A DNA stretch of 64,000 nt from a virus (lineage: Duplodnaviria > Caudoviricetes), in IMG/VR virus record IMGVR_UViG_3300031414_000005, one strand, 5' to 3'. The notes under the pieces were generated by a model, which saw only the letters and a program-made list of their open reading frames with translations, did no database searches and was not told where the DNA came from. A program made the translations under genes and the position numbers. Below, in pieces: positions 40,638 through 49,213 of the stretch (position 1 is the stretch's first letter; each line of letters begins with the position of its first letter).

Positions 40638-41119
40638 CGATCGAATGGGTAACTGACTATCCTCGCATTATCGTCGGGGCGTTCTTTGTCGTGTTGTTGT
40701 CCTGGTTCCTTTATCGCCTGGCACAGCGTCACCGTGAACTGCTGACCAATCAAACGTTTCTGCGTCAGCTGGATGACCTGGTATCGACGCTTCACAAAGA
40801 CCATCAGCAGGCGGGTAAGGTGGATATCCAGCGTATCAGTCTCTTTATTGAGCGTTACCTGGAAAACATCGAACATATCTGGCGGGATAAAGGGATGCCG
40901 TTGGGGGAGTTGGAATGGCATTTCACCATTAACCCGAAAGAGGTCTTCCTCTGGGTGAGCCTTGATGACGAAGAGCAAACCTGGTGCTGGACACCGAGTA
41001 AATGCACTTTGGTGACAGAACACCCCATTCCGGTGATGGGTCAGGTGTTTTCAAAAGCTGACACCGATGTTGATAGCATTGTACATTTCCCCCTGACACC
41101 GGAGCGTCATCATGAGTGA
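40634..41119 (+). CDS. membrane-anchored hypothetical protein
   Basis: TM IIVGAFFVVLLSWFLY near the N-terminus. Confidence 0.65.
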   Translation: MTIEWVTDYPRIIVGAFFVVLLSWFLYRLAQRHRELLTNQTFLRQLDDLVSTLHKDHQQAGKVDIQRISLFIERYLENIEHIWRDKGMPLGELEWHFTINPKEVFLWVSLDDEEQTWCWTPSKCTLVTEHPIPVMGQVFSKADTDVDSIVHFPLTPERHHE

Positions 41120-41216
41120 CCAACCGTCCGGGTTGTCTGCCTATGAGCTGGCGTGTCGCCTCGGGTTCACGGGTAGCAAAGAGGAATGGGTTGCGATGCT
41201 GAAAAGCGGCAGATAA
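41112..41216 (+). CDS. 34-aa microprotein consisting of one SAYE tail-fibre repeat; absent from the ORF track
   Basis: GGAG 7 nt upstream; MSDQPSGLSAYELACRLGFTGSKEEWVAMLKSGR. Confidence 0.7.
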   Translation: MSDQPSGLSAYELACRLGFTGSKEEWVAMLKSGR

Positions 41217-41260
41217 CGTCATCCCTCAGGAACAAATTCCCGTTAAGCTGGAGAAGAAAG

Positions 41261-41563
41261 ATGAGTAAGAAAAGTACCACACCAAAAACCATCACCATTG
41301 ATATTCAGTCACCGGATGACCAAGTGGGGAAAACCCTCTTGACTGCGGCCATTGTGGAACTCATCCAGGTGGCGGTACCGGGCAAAGAAATCGTGGTGCA
41401 TAACCAAGGTCGTGATTTGGAGAAAGCCATGGCGTTTCAGAAAGAACAGCCGTTGCTGAACCACATCCGTGCTGAGCGCATTGTCATTAATGACATGAAC
41501 GCCAAGCCAAAGCGTACCAAGGTGCAATACACCGTGGAAGAAACCTTCACGTTTAAGTCATAA
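41261..41563 (+). CDS. mini-P-loop-like protein
   Basis: ITIDIQSPDDQVGKT; paralog of 35669-36016. Confidence 0.65.
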   Translation: MSKKSTTPKTITIDIQSPDDQVGKTLLTAAIVELIQVAVPGKEIVVHNQGRDLEKAMAFQKEQPLLNHIRAERIVINDMNAKPKRTKVQYTVEETFTFKS

Positions 41564-41573
41564 GGGGTGAAGT

Positions 41574-41918
41574 GTGGGACTGGATATTGATTTTTATTGG
41601 TTTGCGAAAGAAGAAGTGGTGGTTGATGAAACGGGTGTGTTGACAGAAACACCGGCCCTAAAAGTCTCTTCTCTTAGCTACCGAAAGTTCTGGCCTATTT
41701 TTCCTTTAATGCGTGAAGTGGGTGTGGAATTAGAAAACCTCACCTACCACCGACTAACCGAAAAACAACTTCGTGATTTCATTGGGTTATTAGACCGTGA
41801 AGCGGCGAAGTTTGTTGAAGGTTGGGAAATCCATGCAACAATAGCGCGTGAGATAGAGGGTTACTTGCACCAAAGTGATTTCGCCTCTGAATGCGTTGCT
41901 ATTATTGTCTCTCAGTAG
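41574..41918 (+). CDS. hypothetical protein (MGLD family)
   Basis: GTG start; tandem paralog-like to the next gene (YRK.F / FRKYF). Confidence 0.6.
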   Translation: MGLDIDFYWFAKEEVVVDETGVLTETPALKVSSLSYRKFWPIFPLMREVGVELENLTYHRLTEKQLRDFIGLLDREAAKFVEGWEIHATIAREIEGYLHQSDFASECVAIIVSQ

Positions 41919-41927
41919 GAGTGTGTC

Positions 41928-42281
41928 GTGGGAATTGATATCACGATTTATCAGGTCGATAAAAAGGAAATACCTTCGCTGTCCGAGGGTGCCCGCATTG
42001 TTCGGATTAAAAACCCGGACAGAAGCCTGTGTGAAATCGGGGAATTCCGCAAGTATTTCCATGCGGTCGCCGAGGTCATTGGTAAAACGCCAGAGCTGAG
42101 TACCAGTCAATTCGAATTTGTGCTGTTTACCCCGGAGTTATGGGGACGTATGCGAAAGGCGTTAGTGGACGGGAAATGGGGTACATTACTTATTCCCTAT
42201 GCCGATAAATTCATTTGTGATGTTGACCAGTTCTTTGCTGAATGCGACGAAGACAGCCAACTCCTTTTCTATTGGGATTGA
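41928..42281 (+). CDS. hypothetical protein (MGID family)
   Basis: GTG start with AGGAG RBS. Confidence 0.6.
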   Translation: MGIDITIYQVDKKEIPSLSEGARIVRIKNPDRSLCEIGEFRKYFHAVAEVIGKTPELSTSQFEFVLFTPELWGRMRKALVDGKWGTLLIPYADKFICDVDQFFAECDEDSQLLFYWD

Positions 42282-42283
42282 TT

Positions 42284-42508
42284 ATGTTAAATAAACCATT
42301 TGGGCGGTATCATTTCCCCGACGGTATTACGGTCGCTGAACTCAAAGCGGTATTAGCGACCGCACCGGAAACAGACCCCGAAGGACGCCCACTGAAAATC
42401 CGTATTGTTACGGACGGTTCAGGTTGGTCAAACATTCACGTGGTGTCGCAGTTCGCTGCTGAGCGCAGTGAACTAGAGATTCTTTTAGACGGCGCAGAAC
42501 CGGAGTAA
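42284..42508 (+). CDS. hypothetical protein
   Basis: ORF from MLNKPF; contains ITVAELKAVL...P. Confidence 0.55.
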   Translation: MLNKPFGRYHFPDGITVAELKAVLATAPETDPEGRPLKIRIVTDGSGWSNIHVVSQFAAERSELEILLDGAEPE

Positions 42509-42510
42509 TT

Positions 42511-42801
42511 ATGTCTACTGAACACAAGCCTATTAAAGCCGCGATCGGGATTATGTACCGTGACCAGTTGCAAATCGGTAAACGTCTGCGTGGGTCTATT
42601 CCCGCAGAAGGTAATAACGCAGGTGGTCAAATCGACACCAGCGGCCTTACCAAAATCGAAATGCACTCCACCGGCGCCTATGTGGAAACCCACACCGGTT
42701 CGCGTTATTTCGTGCATCCGGGTTCACAGACCTGGGAACCGCCAGTGTCTGAATCCCGGCGGGTGTATGAGTTGTGGGAACTGGTTGACTTTAAGGAGTA
42801 A
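42511..42801 (+). CDS. hypothetical phage protein
   Basis: GGAG RBS; IDTS....VETHTGSRY pattern. Confidence 0.6.
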   Translation: MSTEHKPIKAAIGIMYRDQLQIGKRLRGSIPAEGNNAGGQIDTSGLTKIEMHSTGAYVETHTGSRYFVHPGSQTWEPPVSESRRVYELWELVDFKE

Positions 42802-42804
42802 GCC

Positions 42805-43194
42805 ATGGGTTGCTTTGATTCTTTCAAGGTGGGTGAGAATAACAAACTTAACTTACCTGTACCCAAGGACGAATACCAAACTAAAGACTTAGGTAAAAAT
42901 CTGATTCTTTACCAAATTGGTGACGATGGAGTAATAAAACCGACAGAGTGTAATGCCTGGCAGGGTGAATTCTATTTGGATGAAGATGAAGCCCTTGAAT
43001 TCAAATCCGGACATTATAACGGGATCATCGTGCTGTACGGCGACCTCGCGGATGGAACCTGGAAAGAATACATGCTGGTTATTGAAAACAGCAAGATTGT
43101 TTATATCTGGGATCATGGCGAAACCCTGTATACGGATAGCCCGGATTCAGAACAGAGGTACCGCGATTTAGTCAACGCACATCTCGGCCTTTAA
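42805..43194 (+). CDS. hypothetical phage protein
   Basis: AAGGAG RBS; MGCFD...YQTKDL...Y.I..DG pattern. Confidence 0.65.
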   Translation: MGCFDSFKVGENNKLNLPVPKDEYQTKDLGKNLILYQIGDDGVIKPTECNAWQGEFYLDEDEALEFKSGHYNGIIVLYGDLADGTWKEYMLVIENSKIVYIWDHGETLYTDSPDSEQRYRDLVNAHLGL

Positions 43195-43198
43195 TTAC

Positions 43199-43221
43199 AG
43201 GAGGGGAAACCCTCCTCTTTT
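43199..43221 (+). terminator. intrinsic terminator
   Basis: AGGAGGG-GAAA-CCCTCCT then CTTTT. Confidence 0.7.
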
Positions 43222-43235
43222 CAGGAATATTTCTA

Positions 43236-43901
43236 ATGGCAAACCTGTATTTTCGTTACAGCACCATGAATGCGGGTAAATCCGCGCACCTGATTCAGGC
43301 GGCGTTTAATTACCTGGAACAAAACATGAGGCCGTTGATTGGTAAATCGTCGACGGACACCCGGATACTGAATAAACCAGCAGGTGTCACCGGGGTATAC
43401 GAAGCCATCGGTCAGATCGAGTCGCGGGGTGGTGGTAATATCGCGTGTGGTTTGTTTTCCCCGACACAAGACCTTTATCAGTGGGTGCTGGACCACGGTG
43501 GGAATTTCTTACCCGGTGTGAGCATGGTCAATTGCGTACTGATCGATGAAGCCCAGTTCCTGACTCCTGAGCAAGTGGACCAGTTATGTAAAGTGGTGGA
43601 CGTCCTGAATATCCCGGTGCTCTGCTACGGTTTGCGTACGGACTTCCAGGGTAAGTTGTTTCCTGGCTCTGCGGCGTTATTAGCCAATGCAGAGAAACTC
43701 TCGGAAATAAAGACCCTTTGTAACTGCGGCTCCAAAGCCACGCATGTCGTGCGGGTTGACAAAGACGGTCAAGTATTACAGGACGGTGCACAGGTGGTGA
43801 TTGGTAATGACAATTACATCAGTGTGTGTCGCCGACATTTTAACGCAGCATTGGCAGGAACGTACAAACCATGTCCACTGAAAAAGATAACACTGGATTG
43901 A
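43236..43901 (+). CDS. tdk: thymidine kinase
   Basis: YSTMNAGKS, LIDEAQF, YGLRTDF, C.CG..A, GND.Y.SVCRRH. Confidence 0.95.
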   Translation: MANLYFRYSTMNAGKSAHLIQAAFNYLEQNMRPLIGKSSTDTRILNKPAGVTGVYEAIGQIESRGGGNIACGLFSPTQDLYQWVLDHGGNFLPGVSMVNCVLIDEAQFLTPEQVDQLCKVVDVLNIPVLCYGLRTDFQGKLFPGSAALLANAEKLSEIKTLCNCGSKATHVVRVDKDGQVLQDGAQVVIGNDNYISVCRRHFNAALAGTYKPCPLKKITLD

Positions 43902-44257
43902 ACCCCTGTGTTGAAGTCGTTGACAAATCGGCGGATAACACCCTGACCCTGCTGGATGGTTGGTTGACGGTCACCAGTACCCCGCACTTACCGATGACGC
44001 TGTCCGATCAGCAGCAGGAGGTACTGGGTCTGTTAATGAACTGCACCGATCTCCACCCCAAAGTGCGGGTGAAAGAAGTGAAACCCGAGCCGGTGATCGA
44101 TGAAACAGAGCGTAAAGCCCAAGCGGCACGTTCTCTGGTGTATGAACGTTACTTACGTGGCAAACCCAAACTGACCGATGTGCAGAAAGGGTTACGGAAG
44201 AAAAAGTCGGACGTTAAAAGTAAACGCCGTAAGGCTATCTTGAAGAGGCACAAATAA
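43871..44257 (+). CDS. hypothetical protein with a basic C-terminal tag
   Basis: Ends KSKRRKAILKRHK. Confidence 0.6.
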   Translation: MSTEKDNTGLNPCVEVVDKSADNTLTLLDGWLTVTSTPHLPMTLSDQQQEVLGLLMNCTDLHPKVRVKEVKPEPVIDETERKAQAARSLVYERYLRGKPKLTDVQKGLRKKKSDVKSKRRKAILKRHK

Positions 44258-44461
44258 ATGCATGAGGATGATGAAATCATCGGTATCGACACCGGTAAAG
44301 AACTTACCATGGTGAGTAAAACCAACATAGTGACAGATTGGCATCACGCTTTCTCTTACGAGCACCGCCAGGCCTACGGTAAGTCTGCTACACCGAAAGT
44401 GCAGAACAAAACCAAGGTGAAAGCCAAGCGTCGCAAAACGGTGTTGAAAAAACACAAGTGA
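44258..44461 (+). CDS. small protein with a basic C-terminal tag
   Basis: Ends KAKRRKTVLKKHK. Confidence 0.65.
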   Translation: MHEDDEIIGIDTGKELTMVSKTNIVTDWHHAFSYEHRQAYGKSATPKVQNKTKVKAKRRKTVLKKHK

Positions 44462-44468
44462 GGTTAAC

Positions 44469-45053
44469 ATGTCAAAAGAATCGAAACCTATTTTCCTGCC
44501 TAAATTAACCACGGTGTACGACATGGACAAAGTAGCTGAAGTGGAACGTGAGATCATGCTTTCGTTAACAGAAAAACGGGGTTTTGAAAAACCCGTGATG
44601 AACATTGTTAAAGGTCGTGATCCCAGCAAGTTACACGAGTTCCACCTGATACGCCCGTTGAACGGTCCTGACTTCCATTTGCGTTGGGCTCAAGAACTGC
44701 TTCGTAACGGTGGTAAGGTGATGTGCATGGATACCGAATTGGGTTTGTCAGATGAAAGTCTTGCCCGGATCAAACGCGCTGCTGACAAACTCGAAATCGA
44801 CGTGGCCAAGCCCAAACGCATCGACCATGTTGGACCGATGACGATCCCGAAATGGGTTGACTCGTTTCTTGACATGACCCCACCGGTAGTAAAAGAACAC
44901 CCAACTGGCGAACCCGGTCCGATGGAACAGTCTGAACCAAAGGAATGGAAGCGAGTGCGGGGTCAGTGGCAGTGGGTGACCAAAAACAAAACGGGTAAAC
45001 ACACCCTGGGCAAAGCGGTCAAGCGTAAACACCGTCACCGTAAGGGGAGGTGA
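44469..45053 (+). CDS. hypothetical protein with a basic C-terminal tag
   Basis: GAGG RBS; ends GKHTLGKAVKRKHRHRKGR. Confidence 0.65.
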   Translation: MSKESKPIFLPKLTTVYDMDKVAEVEREIMLSLTEKRGFEKPVMNIVKGRDPSKLHEFHLIRPLNGPDFHLRWAQELLRNGGKVMCMDTELGLSDESLARIKRAADKLEIDVAKPKRIDHVGPMTIPKWVDSFLDMTPPVVKEHPTGEPGPMEQSEPKEWKRVRGQWQWVTKNKTGKHTLGKAVKRKHRHRKGR

Positions 45054-45054
45054 T

Positions 45055-45243
45055 ATGGAAGATACCCCACGTCTTGCAGCTTGGTACGAAGCGATGCGCG
45101 AGTTTACGACCACCCCTGCTGAAACCATCGATAAGAAACGATGGAAAGAAATCGTGCCGGATTTGTTCAGCCCCAGGAAAGGGGGGAAACATGCCAAAGG
45201 TAAGGCTACGAAACGTAAACGTCGCCACCGGAAAGGAAAGTAA
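45055..45243 (+). CDS. small protein with a basic C-terminal tag
   Basis: GGGAGG RBS; ends GKHAKGKATKRKRRHRKGK. Confidence 0.65.
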   Translation: MEDTPRLAAWYEAMREFTTTPAETIDKKRWKEIVPDLFSPRKGGKHAKGKATKRKRRHRKGK

Positions 45244-45245
45244 TT

Positions 45246-45410
45246 ATGGCAAAGCGTAAAGCCAGCGTTATTCCAATTAATGCTGTGCGACTAATCAAAC
45301 CCCCGATCTCACGATTGGGCGGTCCGTGTGATTTCGACAGGGATATTGATATTCTCGGTCGGATTGTGGTCTATACCGATGGTCAATGGTGGGGTTGGTA
45401 TCCAAAATGA
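45246..45410 (+). CDS. 54-aa hypothetical protein; absent from the ORF track
   Basis: MAKRKASVIPINAVRL...GQWWGWYPK; fills the gap; stop overlaps the next ATG. Confidence 0.55.
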   Translation: MAKRKASVIPINAVRLIKPPISRLGGPCDFDRDIDILGRIVVYTDGQWWGWYPK

Positions 45411-45628
45411 ACGAAACAATTTCGATTGCTATATTGTCACTGTTCGGTGTTATCACACTGATTGGTATGTTGTACAGCTCCGCAACACTCTGGACACATG
45501 ACATCAACCAAGAGTCAAAAGCGGTAATGAAAGTCGCCCGGCGTCACTCGTCATACTGGATGTTACTCGCACTGGTTGTCGCGTTGCTGATGGGATGCCA
45601 CATTTATTATTTTGGACAACTCAAATGA
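45407..45628 (+). CDS. small two-TM membrane protein
   Basis: Two hydrophobic segments flanking a basic loop. Confidence 0.6.
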   Translation: MNETISIAILSLFGVITLIGMLYSSATLWTHDINQESKAVMKVARRHSSYWMLLALVVALLMGCHIYYFGQLK

Positions 45629-45840
45629 ATCACCTTCAATTGTTTGGCGGAATCGGGATCGGTGTTCTTATCGTCCTGATTCTTTATACCCTGTACCTGG
45701 TGTTTTCCTATATGGCGAACCATGCTGCCGGTGATCGCTTCACCGCGCGTAAAATCAAGCGCCGTATCAACTGGACCGCCATCGCGTTGGTGGTTGTCAT
45801 GATTGCTGTACTCACCCCTACTTTTATCTGGCCGAGGTAA
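45625..45840 (+). CDS. small two-TM membrane protein
   Basis: Two hydrophobic segments flanking RKIKRR. Confidence 0.6.
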   Translation: MNHLQLFGGIGIGVLIVLILYTLYLVFSYMANHAAGDRFTARKIKRRINWTAIALVVVMIAVLTPTFIWPR

Positions 45841-45845
45841 CTTAA

Positions 45846-46253
45846 ATGCCTGAACACTTCACGTTGCGTTCGCTGAACTCGTTGGATCACTATGTTCATT
45901 TACTGCGGGGTAATCGTCGTCGCGATACGGCGGTCATCGATCAGCGTGAGCTTGGATACCTGGCGTTGCGACTGTACGAAGATCACTTAATGGACCCCAT
46001 CCTGTTTACCCAGGCTGCGGTGAACATGGGTTGGACGTGCCATGTTTACAACGGGGTGCCACAAGTGCAAGGTCCAGGGTTCATTTATCGGTTGCGTGAC
46101 GGTGACAATGATCTGGTTGCTGCACTGTGTCGCTGGTCAGTGACCATCACTGACCTCGGGCGTAAACGTCCTTGGCGTGCACGCATCATGGCCTGGCAGT
46201 TCCGTTGCCGGATTTGGGCGAACGCTCAACGTTTTCGTCGGAGCCTGAAATGA
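45846..46253 (+). CDS. hypothetical protein
   Basis: GAGGT RBS. Confidence 0.6.
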   Translation: MPEHFTLRSLNSLDHYVHLLRGNRRRDTAVIDQRELGYLALRLYEDHLMDPILFTQAAVNMGWTCHVYNGVPQVQGPGFIYRLRDGDNDLVAALCRWSVTITDLGRKRPWRARIMAWQFRCRIWANAQRFRRSLK

Positions 46254-46696
46254 TCGGTCAATGGTTACATGACCTACTACAGATAGGTACACCGGGTGAA
46301 CGGGTGATGATGATCAACCGCCTCAAAAAGGAGGACTTGGTCGGCAAGCCGGTGCGGGGTGCATACACCTACACCAAACGAGGACGCACCCGTTACTGCC
46401 GTGAACTCCAGGCCGCTGCGAATGTGTCCCGCCTGCGCAAGGTGTATCGCTATGACATCCAGGTGCAGAACGTGCTGGAGTACGGCTTCCGCATTGTACT
46501 GAAACGTGACGGTAATGAACCGATCATTATTCGGGCTTATTACTGGCAGCAGTCTGGAATCAGTGCGCTGTTCAATCACCCCTATTTACTCGGTGATGGC
46601 GATGCAGAAATAGCCAGAGTAGAGAAACGCATCCGACGTATTAACGACTCTTTGAAGGAGAAAGCCAAGTGGAAGAAGAAAAAGGCAGCATCATAG
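46250..46696 (+). CDS. basic hypothetical protein
   Basis: GGAG RBS; ATGA coupling. Confidence 0.6.
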   Translation: MIGQWLHDLLQIGTPGERVMMINRLKKEDLVGKPVRGAYTYTKRGRTRYCRELQAAANVSRLRKVYRYDIQVQNVLEYGFRIVLKRDGNEPIIIRAYYWQQSGISALFNHPYLLGDGDAEIARVEKRIRRINDSLKEKAKWKKKKAAS

Positions 46697-46986
46697 TGTC
46701 ACACGACTTCAATCATCGCGAACCTTTTAGAAAGATGTACGAGATGAAAGTCCGGGAAGACGGGTACCAGGGTACGTACGACGAGTTCACCCGGGAAACG
46801 ATGGATCGCATCAACAACTGGGGTCGGGTTGACCGCACCCATGCAGAACGTCAACTGGACATGGTGAAAGGCCGTATCAAAGGTTCAAGTGAACGTTACT
46901 GGAACGACCGAAGCCATCCCGATCGTGCTGCGGTTAAAAAGAAAAAGAAACGCCGTAAGGCAGTCATGAAACAACACCGTCGTTAA
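46669..46986 (+). CDS. hypothetical protein with a basic C-terminal tag
   Basis: GTG start; ends KKKRRKAVMKQHRR. Confidence 0.6.
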   Translation: MEEEKGSIIVSHDFNHREPFRKMYEMKVREDGYQGTYDEFTRETMDRINNWGRVDRTHAERQLDMVKGRIKGSSERYWNDRSHPDRAAVKKKKKRRKAVMKQHRR

Positions 46987-46995
46987 GGGTGATTT

Positions 46996-47328
46996 ATGTT
47001 AGAGCGAATTCGTGCGTGGTTTACACCGACATTACCGGTCAGCGACACCGCGCTGCTTTCCTTATTGGAAGAGTACGGCATCCGCGCTGACATCACCCCG
47101 TCAGCACAACGGCTACGCGATTACACCCAAACCCAGCGCGAGGCGGTGAAAGACTGCCTCCGCACTGCGCTGGCCGAGCGGTTCCCGCTGCGGACGTGGT
47201 CCATCGCGTTGTTGCATGGTTATCTGGCGGTCGTTCCTGACCGCCATTTCAAAGAAGACGAACTGTATTACATTCTGTACTGGGATGTGGAGTCCCTGGC
47301 AGAAGCAATCCTGGCGATCAAGTATTAA
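46996..47328 (+). CDS. hypothetical protein
   Basis: ORF in operon. Confidence 0.6.
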   Translation: MLERIRAWFTPTLPVSDTALLSLLEEYGIRADITPSAQRLRDYTQTQREAVKDCLRTALAERFPLRTWSIALLHGYLAVVPDRHFKEDELYYILYWDVESLAEAILAIKY

Positions 47329-47338
47329 GGACCTTCCA

Positions 47339-47656
47339 ATGTCAGACGTGTTATTCCCCGAAATGAAGAAACTGATCACCAATATCCAACGGGTGGTCAC
47401 CAGCGATGAGCTCCCCACCGCACCGATGGAGAATCTGTGCGATATCATCAACAACTACGAGTACAGCAACAGCCTACGCCGTAGCCTGAAGCGGATTCGT
47501 AATACCGCCGGGGTGCATTTAACTGACCCCGTGACGGTGATGGCATTTAACACAGCATTAAAGGAACACGGGTTGACAGACACCTGGGCGACCTATCGTC
47601 CGACGGCGAATAATAACGGGGTGCTGCGGCTACCGAACGGGATGGTAACATGGTGA
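47339..47656 (+). CDS. hypothetical protein
   Basis: AAGGA RBS before MSDVLF. Confidence 0.6.
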   Translation: MSDVLFPEMKKLITNIQRVVTSDELPTAPMENLCDIINNYEYSNSLRRSLKRIRNTAGVHLTDPVTVMAFNTALKEHGLTDTWATYRPTANNNGVLRLPNGMVTW

Positions 47657-48567
47657 TCGATGACAAAACCGCCATCGTGGCGTTTTCAGGTGGATTGGAT
47701 TCCACCTACCTGGTGTGGAAGCTGTTGCAGGAGCGCAACGTTACGGTGGTGTATTATCTGGCCGGGCAAGGCGGGGTCAAACTGATGATGGAGTTGGGTA
47801 CCATTCATCGGATGGTTGATATTTTCAACGGGATGTGGCGTCGGGGCGAGCTCAAGGGGTCTGTGAATAACGTGCTGGTTATCCGTACCCATCACTGGTC
47901 CGCTGTCAATACGGTGGCCAAAAACCGTTGTCAGGTGCAGGCGTTAAACTGGGTAACCGGGTTTATTCCTTATTTATCGCCGAACCACCATTCTTACAAC
48001 GTGGCTTACGGGGCAGACGACACCCAGAAACACCCAGCCCTCACGGAGTACACGGACGCCTTCTTCGAGCACATGCAAATCGCCTATAACTCGTTACTGG
48101 AGATCAGTGCGGAGTTTCGCTTAGTGCGGGATCAGCGTGATGAGCATGTCCCACCGCTGGCGTTTCCGTTGCGTTCCACCACTAAAGCACAGATGTTAAA
48201 AGAGTTACCGGGTGAGCTGGTACACCTGTACTGGAAATGTGAAGACCCCTTCATTCGTCGGCTGGACACGGGGGAAGTTAAACCGCGGCGTGCAGGGATG
48301 TTTATCCAAACCAACCCGATGCGACTTGGTCATCATCCTTACACAGCGGTGTCCTGCGGTAAATGCAACACTTGTCGGTCAGAGATTGCATACCTGACGG
48401 AGTTGGGTGATGTCATGGCGCCTTACACTCACCCTGTACCGGTGCAGTTTCCGGATATACAACGCTTCGACACCTTGATGAAAAGTCCCGACATGATTTT
48501 TCACAACTATGCTTTCAATGCCCTCTTCTCCGAACCCGTAACAGTCAAAGAACCCACCACCGCATAA
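47650..48567 (+). CDS. queC: QueC-like PP-loop ATPase (7-cyano-7-deazaguanine synthase family)
   Basis: VAFSGGLDST PP-loop, FPL...TKA, YWKC, CGKCNTC zinc motif. Confidence 0.7.
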   Translation: MVIDDKTAIVAFSGGLDSTYLVWKLLQERNVTVVYYLAGQGGVKLMMELGTIHRMVDIFNGMWRRGELKGSVNNVLVIRTHHWSAVNTVAKNRCQVQALNWVTGFIPYLSPNHHSYNVAYGADDTQKHPALTEYTDAFFEHMQIAYNSLLEISAEFRLVRDQRDEHVPPLAFPLRSTTKAQMLKELPGELVHLYWKCEDPFIRRLDTGEVKPRRAGMFIQTNPMRLGHHPYTAVSCGKCNTCRSEIAYLTELGDVMAPYTHPVPVQFPDIQRFDTLMKSPDMIFHNYAFNALFSEPVTVKEPTTA

Positions 48568-48571
48568 AAAC

Positions 48572-48597
48572 GAGGCCTCCTAACGGGGGCCTCTTTT
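48572..48597 (+). terminator. intrinsic terminator
   Basis: GAGGCCTCC-TAAC-GGGGGCCTC then TTTT. Confidence 0.8.
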
Positions 48598-48691
48598 ATT
48601 CGTCTCTTTTTTTTGATGTTCATTTGCACATATCTCAATATCCTTTGATGGCTCGGCTGTATTCAGTCCGGGTCGACCAATTGAGGTTTGT

Positions 48692-49213
48692 ATGCGTTAT
48701 TTCGTTGCAGATATCCACGCGGGTGATCCAAGCATTACTAAGTACCGAAAGCAGTTTGAAACGGTCGAAGAACATGATGCTATGATTTGGGAATTATTGG
48801 CATCCGCTACGAAGAATGATATCGTCACGTTTGTCGGGGATTGCTTTATTAAACCGCATACCCTGGACATCCTGCGTAAATTGCCGTTCAAAAAAGAATT
48901 AGTCGCAGGAAACCATTGTTTCGAAAAAGGGGTTCGATTCAATGATTTAGTCGGTATCATGGACCGGATCGACGGCGTGCGTAAGTGGAAGCATTTTTGG
49001 CTCAGTCATGCGCCATTACATCCCCACCACTTGCGTAACCGCCTGAACATCCACGGCCACCTTCATGAAGTCATTATCCCAGATCGTCGTTTCATTAACG
49101 TTTCTCTGGAGGCGAGCGGTTACCGGTTAGTTAGCCACGAAGAGATTCTCGATGGTTCCTACCGGACCTACAGCAAGCCTTATCAATCAAGGATCAATTC
49201 CAATGAAAGTTGA
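48692..49213 (+). CDS. calcineurin-like metallophosphoesterase
   Basis: ADIH, VGD, GNH, SHAP, NIHGHLH, NVSLE. Confidence 0.85.
   Translation: MRYFVADIHAGDPSITKYRKQFETVEEHDAMIWELLASATKNDIVTFVGDCFIKPHTLDILRKLPFKKELVAGNHCFEKGVRFNDLVGIMDRIDGVRKWKHFWLSHAPLHPHHLRNRLNIHGHLHEVIIPDRRFINVSLEASGYRLVSHEEILDGSYRTYSKPYQSRINSNES

Noticed and set aside
47339-49213. 7-deazaguanine DNA-modification cluster or QatABCD system
   Set aside because: Only the QueC-like gene is present; neighbours are not FolE, QueD, QueE, DpdA, QatA or TatD, and a terminator separates it from the phosphoesterase
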